Assembly: GCA_025558095.1 (NCBI GenBank)
Contig: JAIVFI010000003.1
Coordinates: 682,001 to 746,000 of the forward strand
DNA from: Hyaloraphidium curvatum SAG 235-1
Taxonomy: Eukaryota; Fungi; Monoblepharomycota
Length of the DNA stretch: 64,000 bases
Reading direction: 5' to 3'
Below are positions 42,091 through 54,113 of the stretch, in pieces. The first letter of the stretch is position 1. The number at the start of each line of letters is the position of its first letter. Both the position numbers and the translations under genes were made by a program. The notes beneath the pieces are model-generated. The model did not search any database, was not told where the DNA came from, and saw only the letters and a program-made list of their open reading frames with translations.

Positions 42091-43653
42091 CTATCTGTAG
42101 CCCATCTTCAACACGCCTGCGCAAGAGACGATCAGGATCAGAAGAATTAGCCAAGGGTTGGTCCGCACTCGGTTGAACTTGGTCGTTTTCTCGTTCACGA
42201 GCTTCGAAAGGATCCTGTCCAGCTTATCGACCATGGCACTGACCGAAAACCGTTTCACGACCCGCTCCCTGCCACGGTTCCCGAAGGACTCCCGTTCCTG
42301 CTCAGACATGTCCGCGAGCTGTTCCAAGGCGCCGGCAAACGCCTCTGGCGTCGGATCGCAGAGAAAACCCGTCTCTCCGTCCGCTACGCTCTCCACGGGA
42401 CCGCCCGAGTTCACGGCAACGACGGGCAGACGAGCGTACATGGCCTCCACGGGCACGATCCCAAAGTGCTCGTTCGACGGCGTGTAGAGAAGACACAGTG
42501 ACGACGAAAGAAGAAACGTTCGCTGTGCCTCGCTGAAGGAGAGCACGAAAAGGACGTCGGCCTCGGCCAGCTCCTTCTCATCCGGCGTTGGTCCGGCCTT
42601 TACAGTGCACGTCTTGAGCTCGAGCTTTCGGGCACGATCCTGCAGCTCAATGTGGTACTCGACGTTCTCGGCAACCCGGGTGTCGTAGCCGCCTGCAAGA
42701 TATGTTGGCATTAGCGATCCCAAGGGTCTGTGAGACTTGCCTGCCAACACGAGGCGGTAACCGCCGGCTCGATCTGGCGACTTGGCTCTGAAAGCCGCAA
42801 AAGCGTCGACCGCTATCTCGATGGCCTTCTTCCGCTCGAAGCGGTTGAAGGAGAGTATTGTCCGGCGAGTGCTCCGCAGCTTCCGAACCTCGCTGTCACC
42901 CAAGTCGACCGGCTTGTCATACGCTGACAAGGTTATGCCGGGATAGACGATCTCCGGTTCCTTCCGTATCCGAGGAAACTCTTGCCGGAAAATGCGCGAT
43001 GTGAACTTGCTGTTGACGGCAAAGGCGTCCGCCGAGCCAGTCGTGTGATCCTCGATCAGATCCATCGGGTAGCGATACAGGGCCTTCGAGACCGTTTCCC
43101 GCTTCGTCAGCAGCTTGTCCGGGAAATGACAGTAGAAAAACACCTGTGACGGGGTTCGAGATCACATCCCTGTAGGTGACAGGCCCGGTTCCGACCGACC
43201 ATCAATCCGGCCAGGCGCAGGATCGGAACCGAGGCCGAAACCTGGTCCACGAAAGCCACATCATAGGTCTCGCCCGCCAACCAGACAAACAGGGCCAGGT
43301 AGATGTTGCGCAGGATGGCACAGAGCACGTGGAATCGGCCAAAGAAGTGCCTCGGGAGAAAGTCCCCCAAGACACGCACGGCGAGCGTCCCTGGTCCAAC
43401 GCGTGAGGACACGTGTCATTTGCCGGCGCTCGGCGGTTCCAACCGTCCCGCGTCTCCTCAAAGCAGTGGCTCGGGTCATGGTGGGAAGTGTAGACGCGAA
43501 CGTCGTGACCCTTGTGCTGGAGCCCCACTGCCGCGTCCACGACGAGCCGCTCCGCGCCTCCTGAGCGAGGGATAACTGATGAATATGACGAGGATCGATA
43601 CACAAGATCCACGCACCGATTCCGAGGTCTGGGTGGACGAAGAGGATTCTCAT
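42091..43653 (-). CDS. ALG2: Alpha-1,3/1,6-mannosyltransferase ALG2, multi-exon
   Basis: [12 protein letters not shown]|[61 protein letters not shown]-terminal TM segment. Confidence 0.97.
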
Positions 43654-43750
43654 CTTTGCCACGAGCCGCTTTGGTCGCGCCAAGGCAGGTCGCGCGTTCT
43701 GTCTCCCCTTGCCCCAACCGTCACCCCATTTCTGTCACTCTTTACGTACG

Positions 43751-44777
43751 ATGGATAAGGTTCTCGCCGCCGGACGAGTTGCCGTGATTACTGGCGCGGG
43801 TAGGTGGCCGTCGACCTCAGTAGCCGTCACGTCTAATGACCCGTGTCACCCAACCGACCTCTGATGCTGCAGCTTCGGGAATCGGACGCGCTGCCGCCCT
43901 CACGTTCGTTCAGAAGTATGGAATGAAGGTCGCGATTGCGGATATTGAAGCGAAGGAGCTGGCGGAGACCGCGGAAGCCATTCGGAAATTGGCCAAGAGC
44001 CCCTCCGACGTGCTGGACGTGCCGACGGACGTCAGCGACCCCGGTTCGATCGCTGCCCTGCATGCTGCGACCGAGAAGGCCTTCGGGAAGGACGTGGCCC
44101 TTCTGTTCAATAACGCTGGCACTGGCATCGGCGGTGGCGTCCTCGCCCCCCGCGACCGTTTCACCAAAGTCATCGACATCAATGGCTGGGGTGTTATCAA
44201 TGGCACCCGCGAGTATCTCCCCGGAATGCTCGAGCAGTCGACGCCCGCCATGATTATCAACACGGGCTCGAAACAGGGCATCACAACGCCTCCTGGCAAC
44301 CTATCGTACAACATCTCAAAGGCCATGGTCAAGGTGTTCACGGAGGGCTTGGCCCACGAGCTGCGCAACAGCGATAAGAACAAGAACATCACGGCTCATC
44401 TTCTGGTCCCCGGCTGGGTCGCCACGGGTATCAGCGTCAAGACCGCGAAAGCGATGGGCACAATCCAGTCTGCCGCCGAGTACAAGGGCTCTTGGGAGGA
44501 GAACCCCGCTCCGGGCGCGTGGACTCCGCAGGTGCGTGAACACTGAGGCGCAAAGTTGACGAGAGTCTAAATGGATACACAGCAAACGGTCGACTACATG
44601 CTGGAACGCCTCGCAGCGGGCGACTTTTACATCATCTGCCCCGACAACGAGACGACGCTCGAGACGGACAAGAAGCGGATCACTTGGGCAGCGCAAGACA
44701 TCACCGAAAACCGGCCTCCGTTGTCGAGGTGGCACCCCGATTGGGCGCCTCGATTCACCGAGTTCATGAAGATGTAG
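43751..44777 (+). CDS. Classical short-chain dehydrogenase/reductase, 3 exons
   Basis: VAVITGA|ASGIG (TGxxxGIG), LLFNNAG, INTGSKQGITTPPG, catalytic YNISK, DFYIICPDNET. Confidence 0.9.
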
Positions 44778-44962
44778 AGCGTGCTTCGCTCCTCTTTCCA
44801 AGATATCCAGGGGCTTGAACTGCGCGTGCCGCGCCATCTCGGTATACGCGACGCCATAGTACGGTCGACGTGGGCGCAGTCGCGCCCGGCAATCGTCGCA
44901 CCGCCTCACACGTCGCAAGATCTCTCTGGTCACACGCCGTCATCGTGGTGACCGTTTCCCAG

Positions 44963-45651
44963 TTACCGAGCCGCGGCGATCGCCCCGGCGGCCTCGACGA
45001 TCGTGGCCACGATCGTCGGGACCTCGGCCATGGCCCCGACGCCAATGTCCCCGCAGGCGAGCTTCTTGGAGACGGGCGGGATGATCCTGTAGCCCAGTTC
45101 CGCAGTGCAAACGTCCAGGTGCTTGGCAGTAAAGCGATGCTCCCACATGGCCGTGTTCATCGCCGGACAGATGTAGACGGGCTTCGCGTCCGACGGCGGC
45201 CAGGCACGCAACGTGCAGGTCTGCCCCGGCAACGTAAACGCCGATTCGAATGGCGAGCCGTTCTACCCACCAATAGATTATCACACATTCCGCCGGCGAT
45301 CTTGGCGAGCGTGTTGGCGTCCAGCGGAGCTATCACGAGCATGTCCGCCCAGTTCCGAAGCTCGATGTGAAGCACCGGGTCCGACACCTTGGACCACGAG
45401 GACCACTCCTCCGCGTCCGTGGCGACCTCGACTCCCAGGTTCGTCTTGACATGCAGTGCGTCGAAAAAGTGCAGCGACCTTTGCGTCGCCACGATCTTGA
45501 GCTCGGCCTCCGGCTGCCACCGAATCAGTGCCGTCTCTTCCGAGTACCGCACTTGTCCCACCAGCTCCGCCCGCAAGCGCTCCACCAGCAGCGGGATCTT
45601 GATCGATGCCACACTTCCCGTACAGCCAATCAATATCCGCGGACCGGCCAT
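44963..45651 (-). CDS. PPCDC: Phosphopantothenoylcysteine decarboxylase (HAL3/CAB3/PPCDC flavoprotein), multi-exon
   Basis: ILIGCTGSVASIK, VLHIELRNWAD, APLDANTLAKIAGGMCDNLL, PAMNTAMW, KKLACGDIGVGAMAE. Confidence 0.95.
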
Positions 45652-45874
45652 GGTGTAGGAAAACTCCGTGGGGTTCTGAGACGGCTATTTGAGGCCGGCG
45701 GCGGTGGAGGCCGCGCTTGGGCGCGAGGCGGCGGCCACAGCGGCCGCCGCGGCCTGCTCCGGACGCCGTGCATGACTCGGGATCCGCACAAGATCGTCAT
45801 CATTAGATACGACAGCTATACAGTTGCCATGCTTATGGTTTCATGCAGTCATGCAGACGCTCTGTCAAAAGGTA

Positions 45875-48404
45875 TTAGGACGAAGGTGTTGGTGGGGCCG
45901 CCAGTGCGGGCTGGCCGGGTTGTCCCGCTTGCGGGCTGTCCTGGTGTTCCACGCCTTGCCTGATGAGGGAAAACACCTGCGGATGCGATTGGTGGTTGAT
46001 CGGAAGGGAGGATGCAGCGACGTACCCTCAACAGCTTCTTCCTCGCGCCCATCGCCGACACGCCGCGGGCTTCCAGCTCTTCCTCGGTCAGCTTGATCAT
46101 TTCCTTCCAACTGATGTTCTCGAAAAGAGAGGTGTACTTGTGCAGGCGCAGCGATCGCAGCCAGGACGGAATGTCTGTCGCATCCGGATGAGGTCAACCA
46201 AAGGATGCACAAACCAGGAGCCACCGCTACCCACCCTGCAGCTGGTCCACCTCGATGTGCTCATTGGGCCTGAACCTCGTGCCTCCGGTGCCCGACGGGA
46301 AGAGGTTCTCCCCCTCGAACGCCCCGTCGTCGCTGGGGTCGCCGAGGTTGCTCCGCGTGCTCGACCCGCGGGCCGGGCTCGACGTCGACGGCGGCCTCCA
46401 CACCGGAGAGCTCGGCACCGACGTGGGCCTCGGCGACGTCGAAGGCGGGGGAAAGGGCCCCGCAGGGAAGGGCAGCCCGCCGGAGTCTCCGGCAATCTCG
46501 CCAACGCCGGGCCTGTTTGCCCAGTCCACGTTACCAGGGAATCCGTCGCTCTCGCCCTGGGACCCGATGACGCCGCCGTACCCGCTCATGCCCCCGACGT
46601 TGCCGTAGCCGTACCCGTTGCCGCCCTTTGCCGTGCGCTCGCGGAGCCCGCCAATGAGGCGTTCGCGGAGGTTGTAGACCCCGCTTCCCCACATGCCCTC
46701 GTCGAAGCCGCCGCGGGGTGCCGGCGCGCCGTCGATCGGGGAGCCGCGCTTGAAGTAGGGTGCGGAAGGAGACCCGGCCTCGGACTGCGATTCGAGCAGA
46801 GGATCGAGCGCCTTGACGGGGTATGGAGCCTGGACCATGACGTCGGCCTGGTTTCGCATGCGCGAGGGGTTGGCCGAAGGTCCTGGGGCGTAGAGCGAGA
46901 CGGTAGAATGGCGGCGGTTGCCGGTGGAGGGAAAGTCGTCGAAAAGGTTCGAGGAGAGGATCTGCTGCGCCGCGAGCGCCGACGACGTTTCGTGGAAACT
47001 CGCCGGGCGGTCCTGGAAGGGCCGCGGGGCCGCAAAACCCGTCGATTCGTGGAAGGAAAGGGGGCGGTTGAGCGACGACTCGTGGAATGAGAGCGGCCGC
47101 GTCGAAGTCTCGTGGAACGAAGGAGGGCGCGACGATCCGTTGCCCGACGGGATCGGATCGTGAATGCTGGGCGGCCGGTTGACCTCGTGGTACGACGATG
47201 GCCGCTCGTGGTAGCTCGGGGGGCGCTCGTGGATCGACGACGGCCGTCCCGGCGGATTCACGGGTCCCGGACCTGCAAAAGCGAGCCAGCGTAAGAACGA
47301 TCTCCCCCAACACCCCGTTTGATGACGAACCTGGAGCCGAATCCAGGTTGGCGAGGTACCGGTAGTATTGCTCCTCGACGTTCGGGGCCGAGTGCCGGTC
47401 AAAGAGGCGCTGCCGGTAGCGGTTGCTCCCGATGGCCCCCGGCCCGCGCTCGGCGCCCTGGCCGGGCATTCCCCGCATCCCGCCGTCCTTTTCGTGCTCC
47501 TTGAGCAGCTTCTGCAGCACCATCATCAGGAACCGCAGCTGGACGTAGTTGGCGTGCTGCAGCAGCGAGTGCAGCGCCGCGATGCGCTCGGCGTCCGAGA
47601 GCACGGTGAACCACTGCTCGATGGCGCGCAGTTCCTCGCGGAAGTTGTCGTCGCGCTTGGCGCGGGACATGGCCTCCAGGGTCCTGCAGAGGGGGACGGG
47701 GACGGCGGCGTCAGGGGGTCCCGGGCGCGCCGCGGAGCGCAAGCAAAGCTCACCTCTCGTAGTGACCAAGCTCGTCGAACCATCTGCACATCATGTGGAG
47801 CAGGGGCGGGGCGGGAGGAATGTTGTCAGTCGGGAAAAGAGATGGGGGACGGTCCCCCTCCGGGGGAGGGGGATGGGCCGCAGACCCAGCGCTCGGCCGA
47901 ACGAATCGCCGAGGGGCAAGCGCATGGAATGCCAACAAGGCACGAATCGGCGCGGAAGCCCCGTCGAGGGCCCTCCCGGGCCGCGGAGGGCGTCGCCGTG
48001 TCCGACGTGGCCTGCCGATCCGCGGTCCGCCCTGCACACGCCGCCAAACCCGCAGACGCCCTCCGAGAACGCCGAGCACTCGCATCGCAGCAGAATGCGG
48101 CGACATGCCGCACCGGAAGAGCCCCGCGAGCCCCGGACGCCCCAGACGCGAACGGCCGCGCGAACGCCAGCTGTCGCCCTCCCGCCGCCTGCGCGCCTCA
48201 CCTGTCCAGCGCCTCCGCCTCGTAGCTCGCGAACGCCTCCGACACGGGCCGTCCGTGCGCGCCCGCGCCCATCGGCAGCCCGCCGACGCCGCTGTTCGGG
48301 CGCGAGGGCGGCGTCGCCCCGCCCAGCATGCCGCGCGCCGCGCCCGCGCGCAGGTCCTCCAGCCCCGCAACTGACAGCGGCCGCGTGCGCTCCGCCGCCG
48401 CCAT
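45875..48404 (-). CDS. VTS1: Vts1/Smaug-family SAM-domain RNA-binding protein, multi-exon
   Basis: EALDR|WFDELGHYER|TLEAM...FREELRAIEQWFTVLSDAERIAALHSLL and the SAM domain DIPSWLRSLRLHKY...LEARGVSAMGARKKLL. Confidence 0.92.
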
Positions 48405-48613
48405 CGCACCCGGCCTCCGGCGCCGCCGGACGGGGTTGGGCGGACGGCGAGGCGAAGCAACGGCAAGACCAATTTGGATTCGCGCACACGACGCCGAACG
48501 ATCTCACGGATCAAACCCCGCCAGCGCGCACAGGAGATGGTATCACGCATCTATGGAATAAGAAGCCACGGCTGCCCTGTATCTAGCGCTCCCCTCCGTC
48601 CCGTGCTGCAGCC

Positions 48614-50346
48614 TCACTCGGGCCGGCCGATCACCTCGACCTTGAACCCGATCTTCCTCAGCTTGGCGCTGTCCAGGATCAGGCGCCCGTCGAACACGAA
48701 CGCGGGCTTGTTCATGCTCTTGTAGATCCTGCGGGGCGCCGCGGACGCGTCAGCTCGGCCTCCACCCCCCGCCGCGAGGGAAACCCACTTCTCGTAGTCG
48801 AGCTCCTTGAACTCGTCCCACTCGGTCACCACCACCAGCGCGTCCGCGCCCTCGCACGCCTCGTACGCCGACCCGCAGATGGTCACGCGCCGCTTGACCT
48901 CGTCCAGGCCCGAGCTGACGCCGGGCTCGCTGAGGTCCATCATGATCTGCGCGTGCTCGACCTTGGGGTCGTACAGCCGGATGTTGGCCGTCTCCTGCAT
49001 GAGGTATTTGATCAGGGTGATGGCCGCCGACTCGCGGGTGTCGCCCGTGTTCTTCTTGAAGGCGAAGCCGAGCACGGCGATCTGGTTCGGCGGGGAGCAG
49101 GGATCAGACCGGTGACGACGGCCCTCACGGGCAAGAGGGGCCCACCTTCTTGTTGGTAACGGTGTGGAACAGCGCGTCGACGATCCGGCCGACGAAGCGC
49201 TTCTTCTGGTACTCGTTGATGATGACGACCTGGCGCCAGTACTCGGCCACCTCCTTGAGGTGGAGCGACTCGCAGAGCCAGACCAGGTTGAGGATGTCCT
49301 TCTGGAAGCAGGAACCGCCGAACCCTGGCGACAGAAAAGCAGGTGAGCGGGTCGTCGGGGCGGCGGGTGCGGCGGGGAGAGGCCCACCGACGGAGGCCTT
49401 GAGGAACTTGGGCCCAATACGCGAGTCCCGGCCACAGGCGAACGCGACCTCGTCGACATCCGCACCCGTGGCCTCGCACAGCGCGCTGAGCGAGTTGATG
49501 CTGCTGATCCGCTGGGCCAGGAGCGCGTTGGCGGCCTGCCCAAGAGGGGAGAGATCAGTGGCCCGTCCGGGCGACCCGGGGGTGTTTTGGTGCCACCCAC
49601 CAGCTTGGAGAGCTCCGAGGACCACAGGTTCATCGTGATGATGCGGTCCTGCGGCACCCAGTTGGCGTAGACGTCCGCGAGGGCCTTCTGGGCCTTGATG
49701 CCCTCGGGCGTCTGCAGCGAGCCAATGAGCACGCGGTCCGGCGCGAACAGGTCCTGTATCGCTGTGCCCTCCGCCAGGAACTCGGGGTTGGAGAGGATGT
49801 CGAACCGCAGGCCGTCGCGCGAGTTGGCCTCGAGGATGGTGCGCATGGCGTCGGCGGTGCGGCAGGGCACGGTCGACTTTTCCACGACGATCTTGGACGA
49901 GGTGGCGACCTGGGCAATGCGGCGCGTGGCGGCCTCGATGTAGGTGAGGTCCGCCGCGGAGCCGCTGCCCAGGCCGGCCTTCTTTGTGGGGGTGTTTACC
50001 GAAACGAAGATGAGGTCGGCCTCGATGATGCCGCCGTCGACGTCGGTGGAGAAGAAGAGGTTGCGGCCGCGGCAGGCCTTGACGACGTCGTCCAGCCCGG
50101 GCTCGTAGATGGGCAGCACGTCCGAGTTCCAGGCCTCGATGCGGGCCGGGTTCACGTCGACGATGGTGACCTTTATCCGCGGGCACTTGTAAGCAATGAC
50201 GGCGCAGGTCGGGCCGCCTGGGTCAGGGCGTCAGCGTGCGGGCGGCGAGCGGCGAGGCGGGGGCACGCACCGACGTAGCCAGCGCCGATACAGCAAATCT
50301 TGAAGTCGTAGTGGTCGCCGTTGACGGCGGGGCCGGCGGCAGCCAT
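48614..50346 (-). CDS. UGDH: UDP-glucose 6-dehydrogenase, multi-exon
   Basis: [11 protein letters not shown]|[36 protein letters not shown]|[34 protein letters not shown]. Confidence 0.98.
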
Positions 50347-50532
50347 TGCGGGCGGCGGGCGGCGGGGAGAGCGGGGCGGCGGGGCAGAGGCAGGATCCGG
50401 GGCCGGAATGGGGCGGCAGAGGGGCGGCGAGAGGGGAGTCCCGTGTGTTTGTGCTGCGGCCGGGCGCGCGCGAGGTGGGATCGCGTCAGCCACGCGAACC
50501 AAAGCGGGGCCCGGGTCCCGCCGCCTATCGCG

Positions 50533-50542
50533 AGCCAATCAG
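50533..50542 (+). promoter_or_regulatory. CCAAT box (NF-Y/Hap complex) in the UGDH/VPS9-domain divergent spacer
   Basis: AGCCAATCAG matches the extended NF-Y consensus and lies between divergent starts at 50346 and 50562. Confidence 0.4.
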
Positions 50543-50561
50543 ACGATGCCGCGGTAGCGCG

Positions 50562-52149
50562 ATGCGGCACCCGCTCGACACCGACGACTCGGACGGCGGC
50601 GATGCGCCGGCGGGCCCGGCACGCGCACCCCCGCCCGCCGCGCCCCCCGCATTGCCGTCGCCCCCGCGGACGTCCCTCGCGGCCCCGCCGCCCGCGACCA
50701 GCCCGCCGCGGCAGCCGCCACGCGCGCCGGTGGTCCAGATGGTCGCCGCGGAGGAGATCGATGACGTGGAGGACGCTGGCACGGGGGAGCCCGGGGACCC
50801 ACGCGCCCCGTCCCCAAACGCGTCCGCACAGAACGCGTCGCCGCCCTCGAGGCCGCCCGACGCCGCGCAGCTCACCGCAGCGACCATCGCCCTCTCGCGG
50901 GACCTGTACAAGCTGGGCCTGGCGTACCTGCGCCGCGACCCCGCGGTCGACCCCGTCGAGCTGGGCCTGGCCGGCATCTTCGACCGCTTCCCCGAGATCG
51001 CCGAGGACCCGTGCTTCCACGACTTTGTCGACCTCGCGCGCCGCCCAGAGGCCGCGGGCCTGGTGCGCTCGATAAACGACTTTGTCGCAAACGACCTCCC
51101 GCTGGCCCCGCGGCACCCGCTGGCACCCGTGCGCGCGGGCGCAAAGATCCAGCGCGCCATGGAGGCATGGGAGGCCGACCCGCTGTTTGCCGACGACGCC
51201 GGCGCGTCGGCATTGCAGGGCCTGGAGTCGTACCTCTTTGCCCGGCTGGCTCCGCACCAGACCCTACCCACCGCAGAAGACCGCGCGCGCGACGGCGCGC
51301 TGCACTTCCGCGCGGCCCTGCTGAACGCCGCGGGCCTGTCGCTGGCGGACCTGGGGATGCCGGAGGACCACGCGGAGGCGGTGCAGAAGATGGTCAAGTA
51401 CGGCGGGTTCGAGCTGCTCAAGATCGACATGATCGGCACGCCGCGGCTGCGGGTGCGTGCCATCGTCAACTTCCACAAGGCGGCCATCGGTGGGGCGTCG
51501 TTCCGGCCGACGAGTTTCCCGCTGACCGGCCCGGTTCCGCAGACCTCATCTCGGCCTTCCTCGCCGAGGGCGGCGGCTCCCTCCCCAGCCCGCGCACCAG
51601 CCGCGCCGTGGCCGAGTCGCTTCCCCTCGGCGGCGACGTCGTGCTGCCGGCGCTCATCTGGGTCATCCTTAGGTGGGCCGATCGTCAGCCGATGCGGTGC
51701 CGAGAGCCGACAGCTGCCGACAGGGTCAACCCGCCGCACCTCCCCTCCAACCTCGCCATGCTGCAGCGCTTCCGCTACGCGGGCTTCCTGACGGGCGAGG
51801 AGGGCTTCGCCTTCACCAACCTCGTGCGTTTGCCCGCTCCTGCCCCCGATCTCCGCTGACGGTCCCGCAGAGCGCCGCCATCACCTTCCTCGAAACCGCG
51901 GACCTCACCCTCTTTGGCGTCGCCCCGCAGCTCGCGGAGCGGTATCCCCCCCGCGCGGACCCCGCGGCGCCGCCGTCGCCGCCGCCGCCTCCGCCCGCAC
52001 CTGCCCCCGAGGAGCCCCGGGGGGAGGCGACGGAGGGATCGGGGCCGCCGCCGCCGCCGGCGCTGCCGTTCGAGCCGATGCAGCGGGACACGGCGTCAAC
52101 GAGGGGCAACTCGTGGGCTAGCAGCCTCTTGGGCTCCATTAATCGGTAG
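50562..52149 (+). CDS. VPS9-domain (Rab5-family GEF) protein, multi-exon
   Basis: GLESYLFARL, LGGDVVLPALIWVILR|VNPPHLPSNL...GEEGFAFTNL|SAAITFLE; Pro-rich termini. Confidence 0.8.
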
Positions 52150-52241
52150 TAGCGAAAGATTGGGCGGGCGCGCGCCAAAACAGATTGACGCCTCCTCGCG
52201 CAAAAGCCGTTCCACGACCGCCCGCGGACACGCATCGCGCC

Positions 52242-53825
52242 ATGCGGAGCGCCGGAGCGCGGTCCTTTGCGCGGCTGGCGCGGCCGCCGGGGCCACAGCG
52301 CGGTCCTGCGAGGACACTGGGAACCGGGGCGGCGCGGGCGCCCTCCGTTGCAGGCGTGCCGCCGGGGAGCGTGCCGAGCCGCCCCGCGTCGTCAGCGGCC
52401 GCGGTGCCGCGTGATGTGCCGCCGCGTGATGTGCCCGCGTGGCCCGGCGTCGGGCAGGGCGCGGCCGCACAGGGGCACACGAGCGGGGCCGGCTGGGGCG
52501 ACGCCGTCGCGCGCGCAGAGGCCGTGGTGCACCCCGCCGGCGGCTCGGTCATCGACCCCGCGCGGCTGCTCGGCGCGGACCTCGCGGTCATCGCCGCGCA
52601 GATCCGCCGGCTGCTGGGCTCGGGCCACCCGGTGCTCAACACCGTGTCGGCGTACTACTTCAACGCGCAGGGCAAGCACGTGCGGCCGCTGATCGTGCTG
52701 CTCATGTCCATGGCGACGAGCGTGGCGCCCAAGGCACGCCGCGCCCAGCCGCTGGACGAGGACGCGATCGACCGCCCGCTGGCGCCCGGCCGCGTGCGCT
52801 ACCCCCCGCCCGCACCCGACGCCCCCGACGCCTCGCCGCTGCTGCTCGCGGACGCCGCAGCGGACCCCGCCCGCCCGCACATCCTGCCCGCGCAGAAGCG
52901 CCTGGCCGAGATCACGGAGATGATCCACACCGCCTCGCTGCTGCACGACGACGTGATCGACGAGTCGCCCACCCGCCGCGCCCAGCCGTCGGCCAACGCC
53001 GCGTTCGGCAACAAGATGGCCGTGCTGGCCGGGGACTTTTTGCTGGCGCGCGCGTCGGTCGCGCTGGCCCGGCTGCGCGACGTCGAGGTCGTGGAGCTGC
53101 TGGCGACCGTCATCTCCAACCTCGTCGAGGGCGAGTTCATGCAGCTGCGCAACTCGCAGGCCGCCGACGCCGAGGGCCGCGCGATGGACCGCTTCGAGTA
53201 CTACCTGGAAAAGACGTACCTCAAGACGGCCAGCCTGATCGCAAAGAGCTGCAGGGCCGCGGCCGTGCTGGGCGGGTGCACCGCCGAGGTCGTCGAACAG
53301 GCGTACGAGTACGGGCGGAGCGCGGGCTTGGCCTTTCAGGTACACCCCCATCCTGCTCTTCGGTTGCCTCCCCCGCTGGGCTGACGGGCTCCATCCCCGC
53401 CCCCCCCCCCCTCCCCCTTGGCAGATCGTCGACGACATGCTCGACTTTGTCTCGACCTCCGAGGCCCTGGGCAAGCCCAAGGGCGCGGACCTGAACCTGG
53501 GTCTGGCCACGGCGCCGGTGCTCTACGCGGCGGAGGAGTTTCCTCAGCTGAACGAGCTGATCGAGCGCAAGTTCTCGCACGAAGGCGACGTCGACACGGT
53601 GGGCGCGCCGTATCTGCCGCCATCAGAGCTGCCCTGACCACGCCCGACGCCCGCACATGCCAGGCATTCGAGCTCGTGCACCGCAGCCGGGGGATCGAGC
53701 GCACGCGGGCGCTGGCCGAGGAGCACTGCCGGCGCGCCGTGGATGCCGTGCGCATCCTGCCGCCGTCCGAGGCGCGCGAGGCCATGATCCAATTGACCAA
53801 CACCATCTTGACGCGGAGGAAGTAG
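52242..53825 (+). CDS. COQ1: Polyprenyl diphosphate synthase for ubiquinone (Coq1/Dps1), multi-exon
   Basis: GKHVRPLIVLL, EMIHTASLLHDDVID (FARM), GNKMAVLAGDFLL, YLKTASLIAKSCR, AFQ|IVDDMLDF (SARM), LATAPVL; Arg-rich presequence. Confidence 0.96.
53394..53417 (+). repeat. Poly-C tract in a COQ1 intron
   Basis: A near-pure C run between the CTGAC branch point and the CAG acceptor. Confidence 0.8.
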
Positions 53826-54113
53826 GGCAGGCGGATCTTTGTCTCTTGATAGATCTTGGTGCGACGATCACGTGCAATAATGGCCGCCTGCCCGCGACCG
53901 GGGGTCAGCAATCAACTCCGACCTCCAATTCGCTTTTGCCCCCCGGGCCACAGCTCCCGGCCCGGCAGCCGGCAAAAGGGGATTTGCAGCCTCGGGGCCC
54001 GGCCGCCTCCCCCGCCCCGGTGCCCGGGTGGTTTGCGTGCCGGGGGAGCCAGGGTTGCCTTGTTTGCCCGCCGACCCCCGGCATCGAGCATCGCGGCATG
54101 CCCCTTCCCGCCC

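Noticed and set aside
31808-45651. PP1 plus Hal3-family PPCDC as a phosphatase/inhibitor pair
   Set aside because: They are 12 kb apart. The PPCDC is a short canonical enzyme with both catalytic His and Cys and no acidic tail, and yeast Hal3 targets Ppz1 rather than Glc7.
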